A program made the translations under genes and the position numbers. This document shows, piece by piece, positions 13,051 through 26,660 of a DNA stretch of 64,000 nt (positions are counted from its first letter, which is position 1; every line of letters begins with the position of its first letter). The notes beneath the pieces were generated by a model. That model did not search any database. It saw nothing but the letters and a program-made list of their open reading frames with translations, and had not been told where the DNA came from. The stretch comes from Chlorokybus atmophyticus (Eukaryota > Plantae > Mesostigma and Chlorokybus algae): assembly GCA_009103225.1 (NCBI GenBank), contig RHPI01001507.1, forward strand, positions 354,805 through 418,804. The letters run 5' to 3'.

Positions 13051-14947
13051 AACGCAGCGTTCTTCTCTGTTACAGAAACATTGCCAGGGCACATGCTGTA
13101 CAGCAGTTCTTATAAGGCATTAACTATAAATTATCATGACATCGACATAATGACTCAACGCGATAGATAGTTTTGACATTAAGCGTTATAAGAACCGCTT
13201 TACAGCTATTGCTGGTCTCATGTAACGAAAGTGACCGTTTCTTTTAATGATCTGAATTTCCCTTATGTACGACTGATCCTTAAATAATGGTTCTTGCAAC
13301 GCGATTGTTCTTTCTTTACGGGCGTAACACAAACGCGAGTAGACTGTATGTCCCGTTTGCTTGGTTGCCATTGCACGCACTTGGCCAGCACATAGGCCCC
13401 CCGTATGTATGCTAGGCTAGCTTTGCTGATGGTTCTTGGACTGTTAAATGCAATATTATTGGCTTTGTGTTGTGTGTTGAACTAGTGGCCCCTTTGCTAT
13501 ATTGCAACGTACATATTACATAAGGTGCATGAGTTTGTGTGCTTGTGCATGTGTCAACATGGTATCAGCTACTTAGCAAGTGCACTTCTATCCGCTTTAT
13601 AAACACACGCACTTGCCTAACCGCGCGCGCGTGTTTGTATTTTATGTATCATGCATTGCGGTAATGTGAACTTTTGATGTGAACACATCACATGACATGT
13701 ACACCCCGCTCGCTCTGCTTTGCGTATGCGGCGCACAAGTTGTCTCTCGGATAGGGTTGTACGGCACAACCCCGCTATTCGAGAGTCAGTCAGTCTGCAG
13801 TTTGTCAAACTGCAGATTGAGTCAGACTTGGAGCATGTGCGGTACAATTGACTCCGCGCAGCACGTGGGGGGGTCAGCGGCCAGGGTCTTGGCGGTGGCG
13901 GTGGCGGCGGCGGCATCCCCGGGGAGGCGGGGCGTCGGGGAGCGGGGGCGAAAGGGGTGAGGGGGAAAGTGTCACAGCTCCTGTCCAAAGCTCGTTCATA
14001 GCTGGTCAGCTCGGGTTGGTGCTTGTGTGCGATGCAATGTACGTTCACCAACAGCAGCTGGGAGGCGGGAGAGGGCGGGGAGGGGACAAAGAGGGGGNTG
14101 CTGGGTGGGTAAGGTGGATTAGTCAAGCTAGCTTAACGCACATAGGCTGGCTGGTGGCATGATCGGCGTATGAGGTATGTGCTTCAGCATGGTTTGAATA
14201 TGTTTCACATGATTAAAGAGCACCTGTCCCGTGCTTGCACAAGCGACATAGCGCAGCGTGAAGTTCTTAAGAACCACAGCCAGGTATTGTTGGTTACTGT
14301 TGCCTAAAGGGTATGTGTTTGTTGTGCGTCAACAACACGCATGGTCAACGTGAAAGAAACAGTATGGATGTGAATGCGTGCAGCGTGTTGTGGTGTTATG
14401 TTAGGTCACAGTGATTGGATGCAAGGACGACAGCTGCAGCAGACAACATGCACCAACCCTTAACGTGCACGTACTGTGATTACTGCATTTCGCCAAATGC
14501 AGCATTGCTTGCCAGTTGTGCGTGGTTACGTGTTGCGCTCCTCACTTGTTGTTGTTGTTGCTGTTGCAGTTGCTGATGCCGCCGCTGCTGTCTTCGTTGT
14601 TGTTGAGCGTGCGGAGAAGTAGAGAAAGGCATGTTCGCATACATGCACGCTGTGCATGCCGTTGCTGTGTTTGTGACGGAAAAACTACAACCTCAGCTGC
14701 AGACAACAGCAACGCAAACTCTTCAACGCACGCACGCACACATTCACGCGAGCACACAGCTGTCTGCGTTCTGCCAGCATGCAGTGCGTGGGGTTTTTTG
14801 CTAGCATTCATATCGCACGTGCACCTTGCTTGCCTCTCTGCATTTGCTGCGTTGTTGGTTTTGACTTATAGAATGCAAAGGACATATGCATAAAGGTGTA
14901 AGGCGCGCTCATATTTCAATTCTGCAGATCTGCAGGCTGTTTCTCAC

Positions 14948-17321
14948 TTGCCAAGCTTCCCGAACATGCTTCTCATGGGCGGTACAGCTGATGCGACGAG
15001 GAACAACTTGTCAGCAGTGGTGGCCTGCGTGGCGCGGGCGGTTGCCGGTGATGCCGTTACATGCGGTGGGGGGTTGGGTATGGCAGCGTGTGTTGCCGGC
15101 ATGGTGCTTGGGTTGGGCGACTTGGCATTGAAGGCGCACGCTGCGCACAAACGAGGAGACACTGCCGAGGAGAAGTATCAGCTGCTTGACGAGCGCCTCC
15201 AAGCGGTGCGGACGGAGTTTGTGGAAGGAGTTGTTTCGCTGCAGACGTTCCTCGACCAACAACCATCGGAGGACGAAGTGCGCAAGGATGCGAACAACCG
15301 CTTAGAGGAGCTACAGCGCTCTGCGCAGGACACGGCAGCTGATGACAAGATGTGGCAGTTGCAGCAATCAATCAATTCTGTCTGCCATCAGTTTGTAGAG
15401 TTCCTACAGGCCAGCGAGGCGCTACGTAAACGTATGGCCGGTGCCATGCTGATGGAGAGCCAGAAGGTGGCTGCACATGCTCTTCAGCACGCCAGCACGC
15501 TACAGTATCCGGACGGACTTCCCTTCGTCATGATGCGGGTCACCGTGACGGTCATGCAGGCGGCAACCCTGGAGCTGTGCGGTACGGCAAAGGAGTGCAA
15601 GGACAAGCTTGAACGAGCCATTGACATGATCAAGTGCGAGGCATCGGCCATTCAGCAGGTGTTGATGGCAGATGCCTATATAAGTATGCACCACCATTGG
15701 GCCGTTCTGGCCTGGCTTTTCGCACTCGGAAGGCACCTCACGGGTAAGGCGCCTATACTGAATAAGTGCTGCAGGCACAGGCTGTACGCGTGCTTTGAGT
15801 CAAGCCTACGAGAATACATGGTTGCACATGTGCATGCGTGCGCGTGGGCACGTGAGTGTTTGTGCGACAATGGGCGTTTGAGGGCGCATATAAGGCCCCT
15901 GCACGCGCACGTCAGCACGTGCAGTCTTTGTAGCTAACTTTGCTTGTGTGGTGGCCTTCGACAGAGTTTCACCGTGGTGAGCGCCCTGATGCTTCACCAA
16001 GCCCCAAGAGAAGCGGCTCTCTCGAAGAGCTTCTTGGGCAGCAACCAACCACAGCTGGCGAGCGCTTGACAAGCTGCGATGCAGCAGCGCAACGAGTGCA
16101 CGCCATGTTTGACTGGATTCCCGTGCCGGATCTGGAGGGTCCTGATGCGCTCATTGCTCAGATGGTGCGTTTGCTGAGCCATGGGTCGCCGTCTGCCGTG
16201 GCGATGGCGGCCGCAGGTCTTGAGGCCTTGGCACTCAATCCACATGGCATGGAAGTCTTGGCTTTGGCAGGGGAGTCCGTGCTGCAGCCTCTGCAGAGCT
16301 ACATTGTCAAGTCGGGGCAGCCTGCTGATTGCCACGCCTCCGTGGCCTGCTGCCTGATGAAGATGGGCTCATGGCGGTGCTCACTGGAGTGGAAAGGCCT
16401 CCAAGACTGGGTCCAATCAGTGGCATGGAGCCCAGACGGTCAAACATTGGCCACTGCGGATTCTCTTACCGCCGCCCTGTGGAACGCAGCCACGGGTGAG
16501 CGCATGCACCAGTTCACATTAGATGACCTTTATGTGCAGTCCGTCAGGTACAGTCCAGATGGGAGCAGGCTTGCCATTGGAGCAATGAAAGACGAAGACG
16601 AAGACGACACAAAAAGTTTTGCAATCCACATCATGGATGTGGCGTCAAGAAAGAATGTGCACCATGTTGCCTCTAAAGGCCATGGATGGCGTGGAGTCCA
16701 GACGGAAGCAAGATAGCGACAGTGTCTCCAGATGTTGACTCGGCAGTATGCATATGGGATGCTACAACAGGAGTGGCCACAGGCGTCAGCCTGGTTGGCC
16801 ATAAATCTGCTGTCAACTGCGTTTCTTGGAGCCCGGACGGTCAACGCCTGGCCACCAGCTCTCATGACAAGACAGCAGCGGTGTGGAGCGCGCAAGACGG
16901 GCAGTGCCTTATTGAATTGACAGGTCATACGAAGCAAGTTAAGAGCGTTGCATGGAGCCCTGACGGGTGCAGGTTGGCTACTGGGTCAGGTGACTGCACT
17001 GTGGCAGTATGGGACGCAGAATCAGGCCAGCGCATAGCTGAAATGAGGCATAACCTTTGGGTTAATGGAGTAGCTTGGAGCCCCGACGGTTGGTGGATAG
17101 CGACGGCGTCACATGACAGGACAGCAAAGGTGTGGCATGCGCGCACCGGGCAGCAGCTCAGCATGCTGGAGCACGAAGATCGTGCGCGTTGCGTGGCTTG
17201 GAGTCCAGATGGGCGCAAGCTGGCAACTGGTTGGGGAATTTGGATAAAGCAGCCAGGACTTGGGAGAGGTTATTGCATGTCAGATGTGGTCGTTTGTATG
17301 TCCCTGCATTTCTGTTGGTGA
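14948..17321 (+). CDS. Helical N-terminal domain plus seven WD40 repeats; one frameshift (pseudogene or sequence error); 5' exon uncertain
   Basis: Seven x(W/Y)SPDG blades (VAWSPDGQTLATAD, YSPDGSRLAIG, WSPDGSKIAT, GHKSAVNCVSWSPDG, GHTKQVKSVAWSPDG, VNGVAWSPDG, VAWSPDGRKLAT). Intron ~15744-15964; frameshift ~16685. Confidence 0.8.
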
Positions 17322-19699
17322 TTGTGGACAATGATGGCTGTGGTCTGCAGGAGCTGACAAGAGAGCAACGCAGTGAACCAGCATCTTGGCATGCAATTCA
17401 AGCGTGAGTGGACAGGCCGTTGCGAGTGGTGGAGATAACATCAGTAAGCAGTAAGATGTCCAAGCCAGTGCGTTAGTTTTTGCATGTTGCAGACGTTGCG
17501 AGAATCTATACACACCGGCATGGTGCCTCTTTGGATATGGTGTCTGCAACTTGTTGGCATGTTGAGTTGTGTGCCGTTTTCAAACAAACTGAACATCGCA
17601 AGAACATTTAGTGCGCTCTTGCGAACACTTTCCTTGTGTAGATGCTTGACCTTGAGCGTGGTTGCGTTTGTGCAAGGCAGGTATATTGTATCATATGAGT
17701 CAGGAGAAGCAGTTCCAGCGCAACCGTTCTGTACTGGCTTTCATTGGCTTCGAACCCTTTGGGGCACTAGCTTCTGCGCAACAAGGAGTTGGCCCATTGC
17801 AAGTCCGCCTTCCTTCTAACTACGCCACCGTGGGCGCCATTGCCCGACGATGGCATCGTTGGCACAAGTCGCTGCCACTTGCTGCTGCAGCTACGACATG
17901 CAAGTTCCTAGCACGAGCAACCACTTCTCAATTGTATGGATGGCTGGTGTGGCTGTGCATTTGCTCGATGTTTTTGTCACTGTAAGAGGAGTAGTAGTCA
18001 TGGTGGTGGTGGTGGCGCTGCTGCAGCGCTTTCCTCCTCCCCCCCCTCCCCCCCTCTTCCTGGGCGCATGCCACACATGGTTCAATGATGGTGCGCAGCC
18101 TGTCCCTGAGAGCTGCTTGCATGCAGCCTTGCATTGTACATCGTAGGCTTCTGCTAGACAGCTGCAGTGTCCTGGTCGACACATGATAGGGCAGCACCTG
18201 CTCCCCAAACACCCACCATGACGTGTATCTTCTGCACGCAGTTGGGCAAAGCACACTTGCGAACACGCGCACAAGCAAGCATGCTCACGCGGGAACACTG
18301 TGAGCACGTACAGGTGCTCACGCATTCGTGCACACCCAATCTGACTGCAGAGGTGGAATGCCCAACAGACAACGACGTGCAGGGCGCGTATGTGAGAATC
18401 ATTGCATGGGTGCGCATGCATGTGTGTGGGAGCGGGTTGGCTTGTTGGCGCACACATGCTGTCCGTGTGTTCCTGTCTTGTTCTGTCAGTACGCATACCT
18501 GCGTGCGTTGTTGGTGTACGACTCCTACGCGTACACACCTGCGCCCTGTCAGATCTGGCAGCGCTAATAACAACACCACCTCCAGGCGCACCTTACAATT
18601 TATACAACTGAAAGTGACACACACTTGCGCACATGCACACACACAAAGACATACTCCCGAAGGCTGGATACGTATAGCTAGCTAATGGTGTTGCAAGAAT
18701 TTGTGGAGCAGGACGCCCCTGATAGTCGCTGCTCGCCCTTGGTTTCAACATCGTTGTGATTGCTTTACACGCTCGCATATTTGTACACACCTGCCCTGTG
18801 TGCAGACAGCATGTGTATGTGACATATTGACAGTTGAGTTGCACTGAAGGACGAAACGCACGCACGCACGCGCCGCCATCCACACATCACCTGCTTTAAA
18901 AATACCTGGTGTATGGTGCAATATCCCCTGACGCAATGTGTCCATGCATTCATATTGGCGGATGACGCCCAGCGAGCGCAGGGAGGTGAGGATACAATCC
19001 GCGATGTTGTTCACTCTTCTGTGTGTGCGTGTGTTTGTGTTCAATTTCTACAATACGTGCACGAACGCACCCACCCACAATAGCAACAGTTCCCCGCGAA
19101 GGCTTTTGTTCGTAAACCAAAACCCAAATATATTTATAGTAGAAAGTACATGAGCTCAATCAAAACACAGCAAAGAAACTGAAGCTGAACGAAGGAAAGA
19201 GAGAAGCTACGAGTACAGAAGAAAGAGCAGGTAGCTAGCTACTGGCCAAGCTGCTGCAGTCGAAGAGGGTGCCACACAACTGACAGCGCATGAAGAGAGG
19301 AGGCATCCACCGTGCAAAGAAGAGAGGAGCGACCCCAGCTGGCAGAGAATTGCTGCACAGCCCCAAGCCGAAGATCACCTGCAACAGGAGAGACGTACAC
19401 AGTACGCCATCCCTCAAGGGCCAGCTACCTAATGCCGGCAGCAAGGGTGCGAAGAGCAACAACAGGAGGAAGAAGCGAACCACCGTAGCGGCGCAACATG
19501 ACAAACACTTCTTCTTCGTCACTGACGCTTAATATAGCTTGTGCACACACATACGCACACACAATGTATAAGGTTAGACACAGAGGTATGCACTTATTAG
19601 GCAATCGGGCTGATTGTGATTGCGGCCTGTGATTGTGATCCTAAGCATCACTTGCCAAGCCGCACGCGAAAGACTAAGCGTAAATACTAATAATGCTCT

Positions 19700-21054
19700 T
19701 TCAGGAAGAGGTAATGCAGTGTCGCTTAGACTTCATATCACCCTGTGTTTGGTTCTTAGATAGTTGCGTGCGTTGGTGCTGATGACACACCTGTCCAATG
19801 TTAGAGCTCTCTTCCTTGTCAAACATTGCTGATGGCCCTGCAAGCGCGAGGCAGCTTGTAGCCGCCAATTCCGTCCCCAACATTAAAGTCGCCTTGCACT
19901 GTAACGACCGCATGAACCTAACCAATCAATCCATCAATCTGATGTTGACACCACACACACAACACCCGCATGCACACGTGCAGGGAGTCATGAGCCATGG
20001 TACTCACCAGCGCATGAGCGTGTCTACTTTGTTAGCTTGGAGTCCGGCCGTTGCGTACAACACAAGAAGCTGAAGGTTGTATCCGTGTTGATGGCAATGA
20101 CTGTTCTGAAGGTAGGGTTGCCCTCTACGCTCTCCAAGTATAGCCGTCGGGCAGTCTGTGCAGTGCTGTGAGAAAAGTTGGCCCGAGCATGCATATCTGC
20201 GCACGCATGCTGCAGTGTGCGTGGATGCATACACAGACATACACGGACACACACCTACATGTGCGGCAGTGTGTACAAGCACGCGAGGCAGCACGTGTGC
20301 GCGCACTGCTGGAGACACACCACACACATATGCATACACATGCTCGCGCAATCACACACATGTGTGTGCCAGCGCTCATGCGCACAGACACATACACACA
20401 CAAGCATGTGCCCACACACACGCTCACCTTAAACCAGGTCACATGAGAAACGGCCAAGGCAGCATTGAAACCAGCCGCAAACTGTCACATGGGAAAAGCT
20501 TTGCGCGCGTCATTGCTAATGTCCGCAAGGAGAGTTGTGCTCATGAAGATGTGGTATGCTGTCTCGCCGCAGTCGTCGCACACGTTGTAGAGGTCCGACC
20601 AGAACCCTGCCACTATGCTTGGCAGGGTTGATGTTGAGGACATCGACTGAAGAAGGCTGTAACGCGGGCAAGAATGCGCGGCGCTGTTGATGTTAATGCA
20701 CACGCAGCGCACACTGGCCTCCCTGCAGACCGGCCAAGGGAGCAGCATGTCGACCAAGTTGGAAACACATGGTCACACCTATGGTTGAGGAAAACGAAGC
20801 AAACCAAAGCAAAAGCTTACCGCTGTCAAGCGAAGTGTGACACACACGCTTGTGCATGCGTGCTTGAAGATTCACTCACTTCCGCACTGTTGTGTCACAC
20901 TTCGCTGGTTAGAAGTCCACCACGGAGAAGCCTAACGTGCAGGCAGTAAGCATTACCAATGACAGCGCCAGCAGCAGTAAAGCAGACAAAGCCCAAGCCA
21001 CGGCTGGACACATGGAAGCAAGTGTATCAACTTCAGTTGCATGCAGCACGACAT
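19700..21054 (-). pseudogene. Cys-rich gene B, copy 2 (3' part), split by the Plavaka element; 5' part resumes at 37224-~37330
   Basis: Reverse complement matches 4942-5570 (CTGGCGCTGTCATTGG, CATAGGTGTGAC, VTWFK|GT); 37226-37300 matches the sequence upstream of 4942. Confidence 0.7.
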
Positions 21055-21781
21055 CCTCACCAAACTGTAGTACAGTTGTATTAATATCAATGTGGACCAT
21101 CAATGCAATGGTCATTGCATTGATGCTATTACATCAACACAAAACAATGCAGTGTCCACAATAGCTTCACATGTTGATGTTGAGCGTGTGTGCATGTGTG
21201 AATGATTCAATGCATGTGCAATCAACATTAGTACAGCGACGTAACGCTACTAATGCAACTGTGATGCAAAGGTAATGACTATTGTCGCAATACCTGCTGC
21301 ATTGTCATTAATCCCGCGTGGTTATCATATGGTTGTTGTATCTGTTAAACTGATGCAGCTTTAACGTGCATAACATGTTGAAAAGACATCAGTTGCATGG
21401 GTTCAATGCTTGTCAAAGCCATGCATGCATAAATGCTGTTGTAAACATGCTGCAACCACGCGCTTTGTTGATGTTAATGTGATGTAAAACTGTTGCTGTT
21501 GTCGCATGAACATAATGTGCTGCAAATGCACGTTAATGCAGTGCTCAACCACCATGGTACCAGCACCATCTAATCAATGCAAGTGTGATGTTCTCTAGCA
21601 ACAACATGACACGCAGCTGACATGAACCTCATCTGAAAACTATCACTACCACATCAACACCACATGAGTAATGTATTAGCATAGCTTAGCAAAGCATCTG
21701 TTCAGTGTCAGTAACGCATTGCAGTAATGCAATCTTGTCACATATCAAGCAATTACACTATTGGGTTGCCAAGTTGCCAAT

Positions 21782-24700
21782 TCAATGTCGATGTTGATTG
21801 ATGAAAAAGTGCTCAACTCCGTCCTCAGCACTGAAATCGGGCACAATGTGCGCTACCCTCTCTATGCACCCTAGAGCTACAACATCGTACCAATCAGCTC
21901 CCTGCCTCTGTGCCCACTTGAGTCGTCTCTGACCCAGGTGCGGCACAACCCTCCCGAACTCCACATACCAGCGCACAAATGCACACATGTGCCACTCGCG
22001 TCGTGTGTTTGCCATAAGAAAGAGCAAGCGCACTTGTCCATACCACTTCACATCGTTCCCGTTCCCGGCATCAACTCCGCGCACAACCACATCGTCGAAA
22101 ACCGGGTTGTAGTAGCTGCAAAAATTGGCGCGAAGCATGGAGCAGCCACTCCGTCCTCGACTAGCGGCTGCAGCTGTAGGAGAAAGTCGCACTGAGTTGT
22201 ACACATAGACCTGCTCAACACACAACATCAACATTGTAAAGCGTTTCCACACAGTAGAGATAGCGTGCACATATGTATGCACATGCACGCGCAGCCGCAT
22301 GCGCACGCGCACATGCAAAAAGTCATGTATGCAAGAACCGCCACACCCACGAACAGCCACATGTGCATGTGCCAGCCAATCCCAATTACTTGTTTCATTT
22401 ACATCTGCTAGTACCTTATCACCAAGAATGCATGGAAGATTGTCCCATAGTGCAGCATCTCCTCTCACGCCTCGACGGCCTTCAAGTTCCAGCAGATACC
22501 TTCTTGCTGCGAGTGGTAGATGCACGAGCTCGGGCTGCTCTTGTAAGCGTTTGATTGAAGCAACATCCGCTGGCTGCCCCTCTCTAAGCCCTTGCAAGTC
22601 GAGGACTTTGCGGCGGCTACTAATGGCATGGTCCCCTAGACCATCCGGCTGCAACACAACAAGAGCACAATGCATGCTTAGTTCACGCTGAGAGTGTACT
22701 AGTAGTCTAGACACGAGGTCATACGACAGATTGCACAAGTACCGTTTGTATGTGACGTGCTTTGTTTCGTTGCTTAGGATGTTCATGCCTTGGTCGGCTC
22801 ACTGCATTCCAACTGCGTCTTACATCTCCGAGCGCCGAGCCTAAGCTTTGACGATGGACAACACGCCGGACCATCTGCGAGCATTGGAGAGCGTCTGTTA
22901 GTGTCAACATCAAAGCTATCATCATGTGTGACTCAACAGCACATACACGCACTCACGCGCATTGTTGCACACCGTGTGCACAAGGCATCGTGGGCTCGTG
23001 GACGCATGTGCATGCGGGTGCCACCCGCATGCACATGCGTCCACGAGCAGTAGAGATAATGAGAGAGTGCAGCGCAGACAGTAGAGCACCAGAAAAATGA
23101 ACCTAGCAGCAACATACAGCGCATACACATGCTCGCGCGCACCAAGTTGAAATGCAACGTGTGTTGTACCTGCTGCATGACTGTACGCGCATGCTTGTTT
23201 GTTGCAGAGTACGGCTTGTGTGCCACATTCTTGTGATCTTCTTCCCAACTCTGAGCGTCGTACTCATCCAAAGGCCCCAACCGCTTGATGCACTGCTCGT
23301 AATGCTTGAGTGCATGGTACTTCACAGTGTTCCAGTTCGACAACTGGTATGGGCCAAGACGTTCTTTCGCCAGCTGGTCGAATCTGCATTCGGATGTTTG
23401 AATACGCATGCATGAGTAAATGCAAGTCAGATTACAAGCTCATACAAGCTAGTACTAATGGCTTTTGTGTAGACAACCGTGACCTTATGTGCAACAAGCG
23501 CTGTGACAACACTTGGTGCGAAGCATATGAACAGACTGCAAGCAAAGCTATTACTTATGGTATATAGCAAACTTACTTTGCTCTTGCTTGTGCCAGCTTT
23601 GCGAGCGTCAAGTCTGTGTGCGGACCAGCGTGCACACCCTTTCGATTGGCAATCATGTAGAACTCGCTGAAGGCAACAAAGAGTGGAGTGACCTCATCCA
23701 CCAAGTTGTCACCATGCGATACCAGAACTGCCATGTAGGTTGCGTAAGGCATCACCTGTAACAATGCACTGGCTTGAGATTGTGGCAACATCTTTCACAT
23801 GAGTATGCATGCCAACTAGCTGTCATGGAAGTTTGGCACACCTGCATGGTTGCTGCGTGCTCATTGGCGGTGACCGCAACGTCGGTTGTGAGATAACCAA
23901 AAGGAATGCGCAGAGCTGGACACTTCATTACGTCCAGCCTTGCTTCAATGGTGCGGATGGAGTCACCTGTGGGATCTGTGTGTACATGTCACTTAATGGT
24001 GCATGCTAATGTTTATCGTGACAGAAGTTGATCGACAAGCAACCTTTAAGGAGAAGCTAGACTACAGCTACCTTTGTCTTTGAGATACTCAACAAGTAAT
24101 GTGGTTAGGTCTTTGTACACGCCTAGCACCGCTTGATGCATCCTTTCCAAAGTGATAGCTAGATGAGCATTACCAATGGGCAGGTTTCCGAATGGCAGGT
24201 CCCACAATGAGCACTGCTAAAAAAAAGATATTTGTCAGTACATCATCTATGATCAGAACTGTTGCAATAGGCACAACACAAGCTTGCGCACCTTCACCAC
24301 TTGGCTGTATGACACTTTTGACAACATCGCCTGTATGTTGCATAAAGGTTGACCAGACTGCAGGGCACCAACAGCTATTGCCCATGTGTGCTTCATTGCC
24401 TCAATTGTGCGCTCCTCGTGTATACTTGACAAGTCGCTCAACTCTTCTCTCGGACACATACACCAATGGCATGGATAGTTGCAGCCATTGGTGTCCTTGT
24501 GACAAAGGAGCTTGCAGCCTTCGGACCAGTCCGTAATCCAGGATGCGAGGAAGGGATACACGAGCTGCCTTTCGCCGTTAGCATTGACCAAGACTTCACC
24601 GCTGCAACTCATCACATGCTTATCAACATAACGTTCAAGCAGGCCTGCAATGCAACACGTCTCATCGCAAGACTAGCTGCAAGTGCGCGCGCGCGCATAC

Positions 24701-26298
24701 GCACACGCGCATGCGCACTTGCTGCTACTAGTAGTCTTGCAGAGAGAGAGAGAGAGAGAGAGGACTTACTTGGCCATTGCTTTAATGGGGCCGAGGACAA
24801 TTTCAAGACAACGATGCAAAAGATCCAGTTTGGCCCACTTGAATTGTCTGGATTTTCTGCCAAGACCTCGCTTGGGGAGAGGCCGCAAGGTAGGCAAATA
24901 ACCAACCAGCCATTTGGCGTCTTTATTTCTAAAGCGCTTTGCGATATTGAACAAGCTGACTGAAATTGGCCAGCAAGATTGTCCTTTCTCATTAACGGGA
25001 GTACTATCGCTGAAAAAAACGAGCATTGCACATGTGGCACCCTCTGGAAGCAATGCCTGTTACAAGCCACATCAGCAACCACACGGACACAACTGTGGCC
25101 TTTCACATAACGACATGTAAGCAATACCAACAACATACACCACATATGTACACGAGCACAATCAGCTAGCAGTACCTGAACATCGTTCCATAACATGCAG
25201 GTGTCTGGGGTTGCATAAATGCGACCTTCGCCGGCAGTCAGCACCTTTGAATACAGCACGAAGTCCACCTGGAAGCGATTGTCACACTACATCTCAGCAA
25301 GCACTTCACCCATGTTGCGGTGGGTGAAGTAGACATCTTGTCCATACTCTGTCCGCGTTAGGTTGGTCCTCACCCAACCCTGTCACATTATGCAAACTAA
25401 CTTAGACGTACTCCCGTGCACACGTGTAAGTGCACGCATGCGTGCGTACGCGTGTGCATGCGTATGCGAGCACGCGCGTGTATGTATGCGTGCGTGGGTT
25501 CTATGTGCATGCGTGCCTGCGCATGCATATGCGTGGGAGCGTGTGCATATGATAGTGTGCATGCTTGCCCGCATGCCATTGCATTTAAGGTGAGGGGGAT
25601 ATACGCATGCGTGCAATGCATGTGTTAAAAAGTCCACAAGTGACCTCACGAAGTTGCCAAGAAGAATATGTCACCTGTTGTACTTGCGCCTCAGCGAAAG
25701 CTTTACAATTTTGCGCGGTGCGAACTAGCAGTTGCTCAGGGTGGAAGGACGGATGCCAAAGCAGTCGCAATAATCTATTGATGTCTGCATCTGATTGCCC
25801 TCGCCCTCCTCGACTTTCAAAGCAAAACCTCACAAACTCTGCAGTCACAGCAAAAGGTCCTAGTTGCTGCCTAAGTTGTTGCTGCCGAGCTGCCTCCTGA
25901 TCCGCGTCGCGGTCTTGTGTAGTTGCGAGATGCAAAGCATCATCAATGCCTTGGAATGTCCAGATGGGTGCATTTGGTAGGTTGACATCGCCAGACGAGT
26001 TGGCTGCAGGAGGTGAGCGCGGACTTTGACTGTTACTGTGGACTTGGTGTGTTGCATGATGGCTGCTTGGGTCTTGCGGCATCCAGTCAGCTGCTCTATC
26101 AACTTGCTCATCTAGAACTCTCTCCACATGTTGAGTAATTGACACAGGCAGTTGTGCGTGTAGACGGTCAAGATCCAGGTCGTCGGCAACATCGGTAGCA
26201 GCTCGCACGCGACAACACGCGCTGATGTTGACATGTGCAACTCTTGCGCGATGCGTCGTAAACTCTCGGCCACATGCATTGCATGCAAACCCAGCCAT
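21782..26298 (-). CDS. Plavaka-type transposase, multi-exon, apparently intact in the exons that could be traced
   Basis: N-terminal zinc finger CNACGREFTTHRARVAHVNISAC; LVFFSDST (first D); YPFLASWITDWSEG (second D) and CHWC; ERMHQAVLGV; KYHALKHY...GPLDEYDAQSWEEDHK (E); C-terminal WYGQVRLLF...AFVRWY...HIVPDF. Exons join in frame at GT-AG junctions. Confidence 0.85.
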
Positions 26299-26485
26299 AT
26301 GTGCCTGCGTAAGCACGTCAAGCGATTAGATGCACATACACCATTTCCCATCAACATGCACTGGTGCATTCCAACATGTATAGCCTATTGTGGTCACTGA
26401 TTTGCTAAATTCTCCACACTCAGATGCTAGCAAGGCATGCGCAACAGTTGGTCATAAGGCAATGAGGCCCTGCATGCGGAAGTCT

Positions 26486-26660
26486 ATGTCAGTCTACTGT
26501 TCACTTCACCTCATGAACGGTGGATTCATGAGGTGCACTGAACAGTAGGCTGACATGCACTAATCATCAACTCAGATTATAGCTCATAAAGAGATTAAAC
26601 CAATGAACGGTAAACTTGTTCTCTCAAGCTATCGAGAGAAAGGCTTAGACCTAAGCCTAT
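26486..26660. promoter_or_regulatory. Hairpin cluster between the divergent genes of element 1
   Basis: 32-bp stem with 3 mismatches and a 7-nt loop (26486-26556); TTCTCTC-N8-GAGAGAA; AGGCTTAG-AC-CTAAGCCT. A regulatory role is inferred from position. Confidence 0.45.

Noticed and set aside
13617-14126. ORF with VHCIAH (hAT-like CxxH) and a poly-Pro tract
   Set aside because: A single short motif with no other transposase signature; the frame is low-complexity.
17400-19540. Possible gene(s) between the WD40 gene and gene B copy 2
   Set aside because: Only short low-complexity or basic ORFs without motifs; no defensible gene model.
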